Part shown: in pieces, positions 17,875-27,218 of the stretch | How the letters are laid out: the number at the start of each line of letters is the position of its first letter | Numbering within the stretch: the stretch's first letter is position 1 | Virus record (IMG/VR): IMGVR_UViG_3300042558_004148 | Span: 62,001 to 126,000 of that record | Strand: one strand, 5' to 3' | Length of the DNA: 64,000 nt | Notes under the pieces: generated by a model | What the model was told of the DNA's origin: nothing | The model's database searches: none | Seen by the model: the letters and a program-made list of their open reading frames with translations, nothing else | Translations under genes and position numbers: made by a program

Positions 17875-19599
17875 ATGAACATTTTTAAGAAAAATAACAT
17901 TTTAATAAACGGTCTTCTTGGTGATACGTTTAATTTTTTGCAGGCAACATATAATCAGACAGCAAACGTATTTACTGTTGCTTCAGCTTGGGGACAGATA
18001 TTATTTGTGCTACAAAATCTATCGCAGATGATCCTATATTTTATAGAGGATTCCATAACTGAATTAAACATAGACCAAGCAACTAGGGATTATTCAGTTA
18101 GAAGCTTAGCCAGAATAGCTGGATATGACTCTGGTAGAGCTAGTGCTGCTCAGGGTGAAGTTTCTCTTAAATGGAATACAAGAGAAGGTGGAGTAGGTGG
18201 AGGAGCAGTTATAATAAAAAACAATACACAGATTAGATGTCAGGAAAATGGAAAAACGTATTCTCTTAGGTTTAGTAGTCCTGAAGTAACTATACCTCTT
18301 ACCAGAGGAAATAATCTTAGAGTAAAGCTAGTACAGGGAACTTTTGAAACTGCACTTTTAACTGGGACCGGACAATCACTACAAAGCTATAATTTACCTT
18401 CAACATCAGGAGCTTTCTTGGATCAGTTTTATGTTGATGTTTATGTTAATGAGGAAAAATGGAGAAGATATGATTCGTTATATGACATTCCACTCAACGG
18501 GAAGGGATATCTAGTTAGAACAGGTATACAAGAAGGGCTTGATGTTTATTTTGGTAACTCTAATTTCGGTATGGCTCCACCGAGAGGATCCAGAATAAGA
18601 GTCGAATACCTTAAAACAAATGGAATAAGTGGTAATGCTAATTCAACTAAGGATAATCAGTTAACGTATAGGTTTTCTAATCAGGGTACAGATCTATTCG
18701 GAGCATCAGTTGATCTTAATCTCTATATAGATGTTAATAATGAAATAGATCCAGCATTTGGTAATAATCCTGAATCTCTTAATTTAATAAGACTAGTTGC
18801 ACCTAAAACTTCAAGATCTTTTGTTTTTGCAAATCCTGATAACTACGAGGTATTTTTAAATAAATTAGGAATATTTTCTCAGATACAGGCATTTTCAACA
18901 TTTGATGATGATTACCTTGACGACGATAACGTGGTTTACATATATTTAGTCCCTGACGTTACATTAAATATATCATCTAATGAGGATTATTTTAGTGTTC
19001 CTGTTTCTGACTTCTTTCTAAGTAATGCACAAAAGGCAAGAGTACTTAATCTTATAGAGGATTCTGGTTCTATGATAGCAACAACTGTTGTTAAAATTGT
19101 ACAACCAGTAATAACTAAATTTGTTGGAAATGCTATATTAAGTATATTTGAAGGCTCAGATCCGGAGACAATAAGACAGGCAGTGAGAAAGAAAATTTCA
19201 GATTATATGTTAAATCTGAAAAGAAGAGATAAAATACCAAAATCTGACATAATAGCATTAATAGAATCTGTACCTGGCGTTGATTCGGTTTCTTTCTACT
19301 TTATTGGGCAGGCTAATGAACAGAATCAAATAAACATCCAGGATCTGGATAATGTCTCGCAGGCACAACTGGACGAGGTTATTGGGATGGATCAATTTGG
19401 TGATATAATTATAGGCAGAAATCAATTGATTCTTTTGAGAGGTGGTTGGACAGATAGAAACGGAACATCGTACACAGAGGATTTTGTTGACGGAAAACCA
19501 GGTCCACTCAATGTAACAATAGCATCCATAGTTCCTAAATCTTTTAGAATGGATTTAAACACCTCTATGAAGAGCCAAATAATTAATCAGGGAAGCTAA
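17875..19599 (+). CDS. Baseplate wedge protein, gp6 / baseplate J-like
   Basis: Follows gp25; SLARIAGY-x-S-x-RASAAQG and IRLVAPK motifs; 574 aa. Confidence 0.8.
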   Translation: MNIFKKNNILINGLLGDTFNFLQATYNQTANVFTVASAWGQILFVLQNLSQMILYFIEDSITELNIDQATRDYSVRSLARIAGYDSGRASAAQGEVSLKWNTREGGVGGGAVIIKNNTQIRCQENGKTYSLRFSSPEVTIPLTRGNNLRVKLVQGTFETALLTGTGQSLQSYNLPSTSGAFLDQFYVDVYVNEEKWRRYDSLYDIPLNGKGYLVRTGIQEGLDVYFGNSNFGMAPPRGSRIRVEYLKTNGISGNANSTKDNQLTYRFSNQGTDLFGASVDLNLYIDVNNEIDPAFGNNPESLNLIRLVAPKTSRSFVFANPDNYEVFLNKLGIFSQIQAFSTFDDDYLDDDNVVYIYLVPDVTLNISSNEDYFSVPVSDFFLSNAQKARVLNLIEDSGSMIATTVVKIVQPVITKFVGNAILSIFEGSDPETIRQAVRKKISDYMLNLKRRDKIPKSDIIALIESVPGVDSVSFYFIGQANEQNQINIQDLDNVSQAQLDEVIGMDQFGDIIIGRNQLILLRGGWTDRNGTSYTEDFVDGKPGPLNVTIASIVPKSFRMDLNTSMKSQIINQGS

Positions 19600-19614
19600 A
19601 AATTTTAAGAAATA

Positions 19615-20145
19615 ATGCAAAATTACACTCCATTTTTCGAGGGCGAGGATAAAAGTATAAATTATACCGTTGCTGGAATAAAACCAAAAACGTCTAATAC
19701 AACTTTCTATAATAATAGAGACGTGTACCAATCTTCGGATCTTGCTCTAATCAGAGCAAATAACATAGGGTGTTCTGGTTACAGAGCAACAATCACCAAT
19801 GCAAATGGGGAATATAAATATGCTCCTTGTTCGAATGTACAGGAATATAAAAAAATAATGAAAGAATTATCCAAAGTTACAGTAGAAAGAAGATACTATG
19901 ATTTCGATCCGGATAAAAATATTTATGATGTAATGAATAGCTTCAACGATAATCTATATAATGGGTTTGCATACGAGGATCAAATACTCAGAAGAAGTTT
20001 ATCTAATGTTATATACAAGGACCCGGTGAAGGAGGGGATATTGAATTATTTTCAGAGAGTGGTTTATGGATTGATTGAATCAACGAAGGAGATTAAAAAT
20101 TTCTTCAATTATACAGTAAATAGAAATAATAAAAGAGTTTTTTAA
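19615..20145 (+). CDS. Hypothetical protein (baseplate module)
   Basis: 176-aa ORF between the gp6-like and gp7-like genes. Confidence 0.65.
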   Translation: MQNYTPFFEGEDKSINYTVAGIKPKTSNTTFYNNRDVYQSSDLALIRANNIGCSGYRATITNANGEYKYAPCSNVQEYKKIMKELSKVTVERRYYDFDPDKNIYDVMNSFNDNLYNGFAYEDQILRRSLSNVIYKDPVKEGILNYFQRVVYGLIESTKEIKNFFNYTVNRNNKRVF

Positions 20146-20151
20146 TTTAAG

Positions 20152-23100
20152 ATGGCAGATATAAGACTTAAGTTTTTCAATAAGGAGGGTAATCCATTAA
20201 ATTTCGATTATATTGGACCAACCGGAGCTAATCCTTTAGATTCCAAATTTACATACCGTACATCCATATCGGGTGCTAGTAATCCTGGTGATCTTGATAT
20301 CACAGAATTTCCAACATATTATAATTTCTTATTCAATGCTGAGGATCTTAATGCATTTGATATGACCTCATGGTATACTGAAGCTGTTTATTGCTTAGAT
20401 AGAGGTACCGAAATATATCTTGAAGGATCTGTTGCTGGTCAGAATGACTTCAGAGGAAAAATATCAGCTGTTAATCTGTTAGGTAACCAATTAACGATAA
20501 CTATACCTAGTGACTATTATTCTGGACAAAGTATAATCAGTCCAGATAATCAGATATACTTTACCACACCTTATAAAAATAGACCCGGTGGATATTTTAA
20601 GGGAAATATTTATTTTGATCCGGTATCTGCTAATCTATACGAGAACGAGCAAATATTTGTTGTACAGGAATTTTATAACGTAACTACATCACAAATTACA
20701 TATGGACTTCCTCATACCGGCGCAACAGGAGCTACTGCTTCACCACAATGGAGAAGTAGATGGTACAATGATAATTATGGCGAAACTGACGTTTCGGAAA
20801 TAATATTCACTTATTCAATATCTGATCAATTGGATGGTGGTGATGGTGAGCCATTAATAGTTAGCTACCCTAACATGATTTTTGATGTTGATGTTGATCC
20901 TAACGATTTCTATTCTAATGGATACGTCAATACAACAACTTCATCCATTGATTCCAGTGCACTCCCAATAAATGTTGCCTTAAATGGACCAGAGGGTGCG
21001 GAAAATATTTATGAGAGAAAACTTATAATTGATGATATATCAACTGGAACACCAGAGAAAATATTGGAGGTTGATTACTATGGACAAATAATAGGTGAGG
21101 ACGAGAGATTTAAAGTGCTTTTAGCAAATCTGGGGAGATCTTTTTATAATAGTGATTCAGTTATACTTAGAGATCATGATCCTGCAGAACCTTTACCTAA
21201 TTACTTAGAGATAAACGAGAAGAGAAAAGAGCTTATGGTAGCTGGTGAGGAAATATTTCCTTATATTGGTAGTTATAAGGGTCTTATTAATGCTCTTAAG
21301 TTTTTTGGTTATCAGGATCTTAGAATAAAAGAATACTGGTTAAATCTTAAATATAATGGACTAAGAGTAGAATCGCCTATTCAGCAGAATAAGAATTTTT
21401 TAAATGCTATTAATAAACAGCAATCGCAGGGATATAATATGTCATATCAGATTGGTGATATATTGGACAACCCTAATTCTGGTAAATATAAGCTTACTCA
21501 AACCTACGGACCTAATAAAAATGGAGAATATGTTCTGGATGTTACATCGGAGGATACATTAGTACCAAGTAGAACATACAAAAAAACGTCACTATTTGGA
21601 CTTTATTATGATCTTAATAAAGTAACCGGTGAGGAAGACGAATTTAATTTACCGATAGTAGAGGACGCTTTTAAATTCACACAAGAGGAAGTACTTATTA
21701 AAATATTTGCTCTGAAGGAAAGATTGAAGAGGGATTATCTACCATTAAACGCCAGAATTATAGATATAACTGGTGAGGGTATTTATTTTGGTGTATATAA
21801 TACCAAATCCTGGACTGATATAATGGGAAGATCCGATTTTGATTCAGGCTTCGAGTTTGATTTCTATCCTAATCCGGATTTCGGTTTTTTAGAAGATCTA
21901 AGAAACTTTTCCACACGACCATTAGCTGGTGCTATACAAAGTCCTAGTTCATATAATAACAATTATTCTTCAACTGTTCAGTTTCTAGGTGGTACTGGAA
22001 GTGCCATTTATTTTAGTGGAAATCTACCGAATGGATCTACTGGACCTAATCCTATATTAAACCTATACATAGGTCAAACATACGAATTTAGCGTTTCCGA
22101 TACTTCCACCTATGGTTATGATCTTATAATTACAACCGATCCGAATTTAACACAGATAGATCCACTCGGAATAATTAATAATGGTGCAACCGGAGGTAAT
22201 TCAATTACATGGTACGTAGAACCTAGCCAAACTTCACCAGTATATTATTATTCTTCGGTAAATCCTTCATTATTGCTGGGTACTATTAATATACTACCCC
22301 CTATATTATCTGATTTAGGAAACATAGTGAATCCGCTAGATTCACAACAAATTTATAATAGCCAACAGAATCAATCGATGTTAAGTGCTATAGATAATTT
22401 CTATAAGCTTAAGCAGGAGGGGAAAATAATAGAATTGGGTGACGATAAATACGATCCTGTTGCATACATAGATCCAAATACTGGACAGCAGTACGACGTT
22501 CCTATTGGAATGCCAGTAATACTTGAACTATTTCCTGATATTTGGACATGGAACGAACTTAATACTAGCTGGGATTCCATAATGATACCTGCATATCGGG
22601 TAGGCGATAGAGTTGAGGTTCCATCTGTCCCATCATTCGGTACAGTTGTTGGAGTTAGTTACTCGACGGGCCAATATAATGTCCTTCTAGATCCACCTTA
22701 CAACATAACGACACAGTTTGGTGAGATGGAACTATTTGCAACAACCCAGGTATTTTTATTATTAACTTGGAGTAATATAGATTTTTCGAATGCGATGGAG
22801 ATAGAGTGGATAGTCGATAAAACCACCACTCAGTCAGGATCGCCTTATAATTTCAATTTTAGAGGTCCTATAGCGGACTTTTATAAAATGGCACACTTCT
22901 TACCATACAGCGGAGATTATAAGATTACGTGCAATGTATATGATGCCTTTAATGCTAAAAGCACTGTCATTAAGAATTCTATAATCAAGGTTCAACCAAA
23001 AACCATAGATATCGATTCTTGGACTAGATACAGAGAGGTTGAAAATTATATATGGGATAATGTTGATCGAGGATGGGACTCATATAAATCAATATGGGAA

Positions 23101-24912
23101 TATCCTGCAGAGGGAGATAGTATAGAGGTTCTAGAAAAAACAATACCTTCTGAGATTCTGAAATTTGCTACGTATGGGAATAAAGCCGAAGAGGGTCAGA
23201 GTTTATATGTTAAAACTAATCTAGATCCTGTCGGAGCAACCGGTGAGATATTATTATCTCAGAATGTTGTAGCGATAGATGAGATATATTCACTTCAGAT
23301 ATTTACTGGTCAATACGGATCAGCCACGGTATCTACCATAACACCTCATGGACTAAATGATGGTGATGAATTAACAATAATAGGAAGTATACCTGAAATA
23401 GATGGTAGATGGACAGCAAATATAGTTTCCCCTACTGTATTTACTATACCTTCCGTAATTTCAAATTCATGGAACGGTGTTGTTCTCGAGACAACCCCGG
23501 TAAATAGATATGTTATAGATCCAACTATATACACGACACAAAAAATTACTGGAGCTGGTTTAATAAAGGTCTATGTAAATAATAGAGAAATTGGAAGTGC
23601 TGATGCAGGTGACACATTATATCACACTGCAAATGCAATAACTTCTTCGATAAACTCACTAAGAACATACCCGGACTATTTTGCATCTTGTCTGAATCCT
23701 AGTACGGATCCTGTCTCTATTATAATATATGCTCCTGATGAATTAGGAGCCGATCAGAATGGTGTTCCGCTATCTGCTACTGTAACGGGAACATTATCAC
23801 TAAGTTCCATATCTGGAACTCTGGAGAATGGAGTAAGTCCTTCCGAAACATATGTTTATTGGTCTGAAAATTCAGAAATCTACCCCAATGATAATCTAAG
23901 ATTTTGGGGAACTAAAAATCTGGACTGGCAAATATTTAATGAGACTAGCTGGAATGATGGATATGCACATAGCTGGTATGATTTCGAATTTAATAACGAT
24001 TGGTTAGGTGGATATGAATTACATACAATATTACCCGGTGACCACGTCAAAGTAAGTACTGGTAATTCAACATACCCGTTCCCAGTTGGTGTTACATTAA
24101 CCAGTCCTGGAAGTTCGATGACTGTACAAGAAGTTGCTGATCAATTAAATAGTTCTGGCGAAACGCATATAACTAATTTTTACTATAGACCTATACCTAG
24201 CGATACCGGATCATTAAGCACAATAACCGGTCCTATTAATCTGGATCTTACTAATGCGTCGGTCCCTGTTAGTACATACCCAGCTCCGCCTTCACTAATA
24301 GGAGGTAGTAATGTATTGATACCTAATTTCGGTTACACTGGAGGTACTCCTATAACAACAACGTCTACGACAACGACGACAACAATAGCTCCTACCACTA
24401 CGACAACCACGACTACGACAACCACGACGTCGACAACAACAACGACCACAGCGGCACCTACAACGACTACAACAACGACCATAGATCCTTGTTTACTTGC
24501 TGGTAATGCTGTAATGATTTATCCGACTACGACAACCACGACGTCGACAACAACAACAACAACGGTACCCATAGGACAAGTTATTATGAATAATCTAGAT
24601 AATACCGGAACTATTGAGGATGTGCAGGTGAATTCGAATTCTATTCTGGTAAGTCCAGGAACATTCCCGGTATTACCAAACACAACCGGTGTAGGCAGTT
24701 ACGGATACGGGATACCAGGACTTTCCCAGATAGAAGTAAGTGTTGGTGCGGTGACAATGTATACGGCCGTAAATCTATCATTAAGTACTGGATATACAGA
24801 TTGTCTTTTACTTGATCCGTTTGCAGGGTTCGTAGTATTCTCGATGGTAGATTTATCAACAGCACCAACTATAACAATAACACTAGAACAGCAAGGAACC
24901 GCGTGTGCATAA
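20152..24912 (+). CDS. Large baseplate wedge protein, gp7-like, with PKD-like segments and a C-terminal mucin-like Thr tract
   Basis: IGSYKGLINALKFFGY motif typical of gp7/P2 gpI-like wedge proteins; position after gp6; poly-Thr near the C-terminus. Confidence 0.65.
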   Translation: MADIRLKFFNKEGNPLNFDYIGPTGANPLDSKFTYRTSISGASNPGDLDITEFPTYYNFLFNAEDLNAFDMTSWYTEAVYCLDRGTEIYLEGSVAGQNDFRGKISAVNLLGNQLTITIPSDYYSGQSIISPDNQIYFTTPYKNRPGGYFKGNIYFDPVSANLYENEQIFVVQEFYNVTTSQITYGLPHTGATGATASPQWRSRWYNDNYGETDVSEIIFTYSISDQLDGGDGEPLIVSYPNMIFDVDVDPNDFYSNGYVNTTTSSIDSSALPINVALNGPEGAENIYERKLIIDDISTGTPEKILEVDYYGQIIGEDERFKVLLANLGRSFYNSDSVILRDHDPAEPLPNYLEINEKRKELMVAGEEIFPYIGSYKGLINALKFFGYQDLRIKEYWLNLKYNGLRVESPIQQNKNFLNAINKQQSQGYNMSYQIGDILDNPNSGKYKLTQTYGPNKNGEYVLDVTSEDTLVPSRTYKKTSLFGLYYDLNKVTGEEDEFNLPIVEDAFKFTQEEVLIKIFALKERLKRDYLPLNARIIDITGEGIYFGVYNTKSWTDIMGRSDFDSGFEFDFYPNPDFGFLEDLRNFSTRPLAGAIQSPSSYNNNYSSTVQFLGGTGSAIYFSGNLPNGSTGPNPILNLYIGQTYEFSVSDTSTYGYDLIITTDPNLTQIDPLGIINNGATGGNSITWYVEPSQTSPVYYYSSVNPSLLLGTINILPPILSDLGNIVNPLDSQQIYNSQQNQSMLSAIDNFYKLKQEGKIIELGDDKYDPVAYIDPNTGQQYDVPIGMPVILELFPDIWTWNELNTSWDSIMIPAYRVGDRVEVPSVPSFGTVVGVSYSTGQYNVLLDPPYNITTQFGEMELFATTQVFLLLTWSNIDFSNAMEIEWIVDKTTTQSGSPYNFNFRGPIADFYKMAHFLPYSGDYKITCNVYDAFNAKSTVIKNSIIKVQPKTIDIDSWTRYREVENYIWDNVDRGWDSYKSIWEYPAEGDSIEVLEKTIPSEILKFATYGNKAEEGQSLYVKTNLDPVGATGEILLSQNVVAIDEIYSLQIFTGQYGSATVSTITPHGLNDGDELTIIGSIPEIDGRWTANIVSPTVFTIPSVISNSWNGVVLETTPVNRYVIDPTIYTTQKITGAGLIKVYVNNREIGSADAGDTLYHTANAITSSINSLRTYPDYFASCLNPSTDPVSIIIYAPDELGADQNGVPLSATVTGTLSLSSISGTLENGVSPSETYVYWSENSEIYPNDNLRFWGTKNLDWQIFNETSWNDGYAHSWYDFEFNNDWLGGYELHTILPGDHVKVSTGNSTYPFPVGVTLTSPGSSMTVQEVADQLNSSGETHITNFYYRPIPSDTGSLSTITGPINLDLTNASVPVSTYPAPPSLIGGSNVLIPNFGYTGGTPITTTSTTTTTTIAPTTTTTTTTTTTTSTTTTTTAAPTTTTTTTIDPCLLAGNAVMIYPTTTTTTSTTTTTTVPIGQVIMNNLDNTGTIEDVQVNSNSILVSPGTFPVLPNTTGVGSYGYGIPGLSQIEVSVGAVTMYTAVNLSLSTGYTDCLLLDPFAGFVVFSMVDLSTAPTITITLEQQGTACA
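24355..24564 (+). repeat. Poly-Thr (ACN)n coding tract, 46 Thr in 70 codons, with an internal exact 34-bp duplication
   Basis: Translated directly; cgactacgacaaccacgacgtcgacaacaacaac occurs at 24410-24443 and 24524-24557. Confidence 0.95.
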
Positions 24913-24966
24913 TAATGTTGCTAATGATCCAATGATATTAAAAAATATAAAATATAAAATATAAAA

Positions 24967-26166
24967 ATGGCTACAGCTACTATAACTTTAACCACTGCGG
25001 GAACTGGAACAGGACCATTTGATCTGTATTCCGATTTTGATGGATATGTTACCCCATTTGAAACTGGTGTTGATAAATCATTATTGGTTTCTGGATATAC
25101 AACATCATTGGTTTATAATGGAACAACTATAATTAGGGTTCAGTCCACAAGTATACAGTGTACAAATTATATAGATTTGTCAGTATCAGGTATAACTACC
25201 ACAACCACGACATCAACATCAACAACAACAACGACAACAACTCCTCCGGTGCTATGTGTATGTTATACAGTGGTTTATACTGGACCCCCTCCACCTCCAC
25301 AATTTTATACTGGTACAACGGATTACTCATATATTGATTGTTCGGGACTTACCGTGAATACAATAGTATCAGAAGGTTACCCCGTTGATGTTTGTGCTCA
25401 AGAAAACAGTATTATAATAACCGGTGGTGACGAACTCGCTGGCTGGGACGTGTCACTGTTTAATTGCTGTACTAGTAATCCAATGGATCTTAGTTATGGT
25501 GTAAATATTAGCACAGTTTGTAACAATCCGCAGCTTGTGTCTGTTTGTGCTGATACAAATGATATATGTACCGCAACAGTATTGACAGATTCTGATTTTA
25601 ACCAGAATTGTCTTACTACACCTGCATCTGCAGGATATTATGGAGATGGAACAAACTATAGATATTGGGATGGATCAACATTTACTACCGGATGTACTCT
25701 TTGTACTGGATGTTTAGTTGCTGACACATTAATAACATTATCTAACGGGACAACTAAATTGATACAGGATATACAGGTTGGCGATGTATTGAAATCCCTT
25801 GATGTGGCAGGAATGCCTCTGGCACCGGATCAATGGTATCATTGGAGCAGTGATATATTGGATTACATAAATTCCACATCAACTGTGATCGGTGTATCAA
25901 TCCATGAATTTGATTCCGTAATAAACATTAATAACGGTAAATTAATTGCAACCTACACCCATAACCACGTAGTTAAGCAAAATGACGTATGGTACATTAG
26001 AACAACATTCGAATTGAATGTTGGTGATGTGTTATTGGATATAGATAACAACGAATTTGAAATTACCTCATTGGTTGTTGTAAATGCACCAATAACTGTA
26101 TATGATATTGATGTGAATAACAGTAATTTATATTTTGCAAATGATACATTAACTCATAACAAATAA
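24967..26166 (+). CDS. Thr-rich, Cys-rich putative virion protein with a C-terminal Hint domain
   Basis: Thr tract at 25195-25242, PPPPP and a Cys-rich middle; Hint from CLVADTLI (25711) to VYDIDV...FANDTLTHNK-stop. Confidence 0.85.
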   Translation: MATATITLTTAGTGTGPFDLYSDFDGYVTPFETGVDKSLLVSGYTTSLVYNGTTIIRVQSTSIQCTNYIDLSVSGITTTTTTSTSTTTTTTTPPVLCVCYTVVYTGPPPPPQFYTGTTDYSYIDCSGLTVNTIVSEGYPVDVCAQENSIIITGGDELAGWDVSLFNCCTSNPMDLSYGVNISTVCNNPQLVSVCADTNDICTATVLTDSDFNQNCLTTPASAGYYGDGTNYRYWDGSTFTTGCTLCTGCLVADTLITLSNGTTKLIQDIQVGDVLKSLDVAGMPLAPDQWYHWSSDILDYINSTSTVIGVSIHEFDSVININNGKLIATYTHNHVVKQNDVWYIRTTFELNVGDVLLDIDNNEFEITSLVVVNAPITVYDIDVNNSNLYFANDTLTHNK

Positions 26167-26223
26167 TAAATTACATGATGGAATTTATTACTATTAGGAG
26201 AGTATAATTATAAAAATTTGGGT

Positions 26224-27192
26224 ATGATAAACAAAAAAATAACCTTTATTTGCGCACAGCCGGATGTGCCTTATTTTCATTGGCAAGTGGAGGTACTAAT
26301 CCATAATTTTATGAAAAGTGGAATAAATCCCAATTGGATAGAAATTCTATTTGCCTATGATGAGTCAATATCACCAGAGGGATCTGAGTTGGCTAAAAAA
26401 TACCCATACGTTAGATTTTTTTTCTACAAGAAAACTCCGGTTGAAAACTACGGATATATTCCAATTTTAAGACCGGATATATTGGAACAGCATTTTCTTA
26501 AATATCCTGGTCTTTCAGATGATAATATATTCTATCATGATTCTGATATCATCTTTAGAGAACTTCCTGACTTTAATTCATTGATTAATGATGATGTCTG
26601 GTATCTAAGTGACACGGTTTCCTATATAGGATCAGATTATATTAAAAGTAAATCCGAGCAAATTTTGGAAGATATGTGTGACATAGCTGGAGTTTCCAGG
26701 GATCTTGTTGAAGCTAACAATCCAAATTCAGGAGGTGCGCAATATCTTATGAAAAATATAGATCACCTATTCTGGAGGGACGTTAAATACGTTGCTCTCA
26801 ATCTGTATAAATATATGCTTGATGCTGAGGTGGAGGAGAGGAAAACTCTATCTGAAGAGCAGTTATCTTCTTACAACCCAATACAGAAATGGTGCGCAGA
26901 TATGTGGGCGGTATTATGGTGTGGACTTAAAAGGGGAAGTCAGGTTAGATTATCTGATGAACTTGGATTTAGCTGGGGATCTAGCTGGGGGCAAACAGAA
27001 TGGAATAAACATAAAATATTACACAATGCCGGAGTTACAGATAATGGGAACGGGAAGATGTTTTATAAAGGAGATTATATAAATAATTCTCCTTGGGAAG
27101 CTGATCTATCCACAATAAGTCCCGATGCCAATTCTTATAATTATGTACAGGCCATATTATATGCTAAAGAAATGAGATCTAAACTGCATTGA
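26224..27192 (+). CDS. GT-A glycosyltransferase resembling plant peptidyl-serine alpha-galactosyltransferase / Hyp O-arabinosyltransferase (GT96/GT95-like)
   Basis: YFHWQVEVLIHNFMKSG, HDSDIIFR (DxD), GGAQYLM and KWCADMWAV align in order with SERGT1 motifs recalled as YFDWQTVGLMHSFLKSG, LDADMIIR, VGGLLAM and GWISEMYGY. An alternative TTG start lies at 26218. Confidence 0.75.
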   Translation: MINKKITFICAQPDVPYFHWQVEVLIHNFMKSGINPNWIEILFAYDESISPEGSELAKKYPYVRFFFYKKTPVENYGYIPILRPDILEQHFLKYPGLSDDNIFYHDSDIIFRELPDFNSLINDDVWYLSDTVSYIGSDYIKSKSEQILEDMCDIAGVSRDLVEANNPNSGGAQYLMKNIDHLFWRDVKYVALNLYKYMLDAEVEERKTLSEEQLSSYNPIQKWCADMWAVLWCGLKRGSQVRLSDELGFSWGSSWGQTEWNKHKILHNAGVTDNGNGKMFYKGDYINNSPWEADLSTISPDANSYNYVQAILYAKEMRSKLH

Positions 27193-27198
27193 TATATA
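27191..27198 (+). promoter_or_regulatory. GATATATA putative late promoter
   Basis: 28 nt upstream of ATG 27219, overlapping the TGA of the GT gene. Confidence 0.6.
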
Positions 27199-27218
27199 CA
27201 TTAATCAGATATTAGAAA

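Noticed and set aside
25711-26160. Hint domains (also 51334-51720) as classical mobile inteins
   Set aside because: There is no homing endonuclease, the +1 residue is Lys rather than Cys/Ser/Thr, and there is essentially no C-extein. Kept as BIL/Hedgehog-like autoprocessing domains instead.
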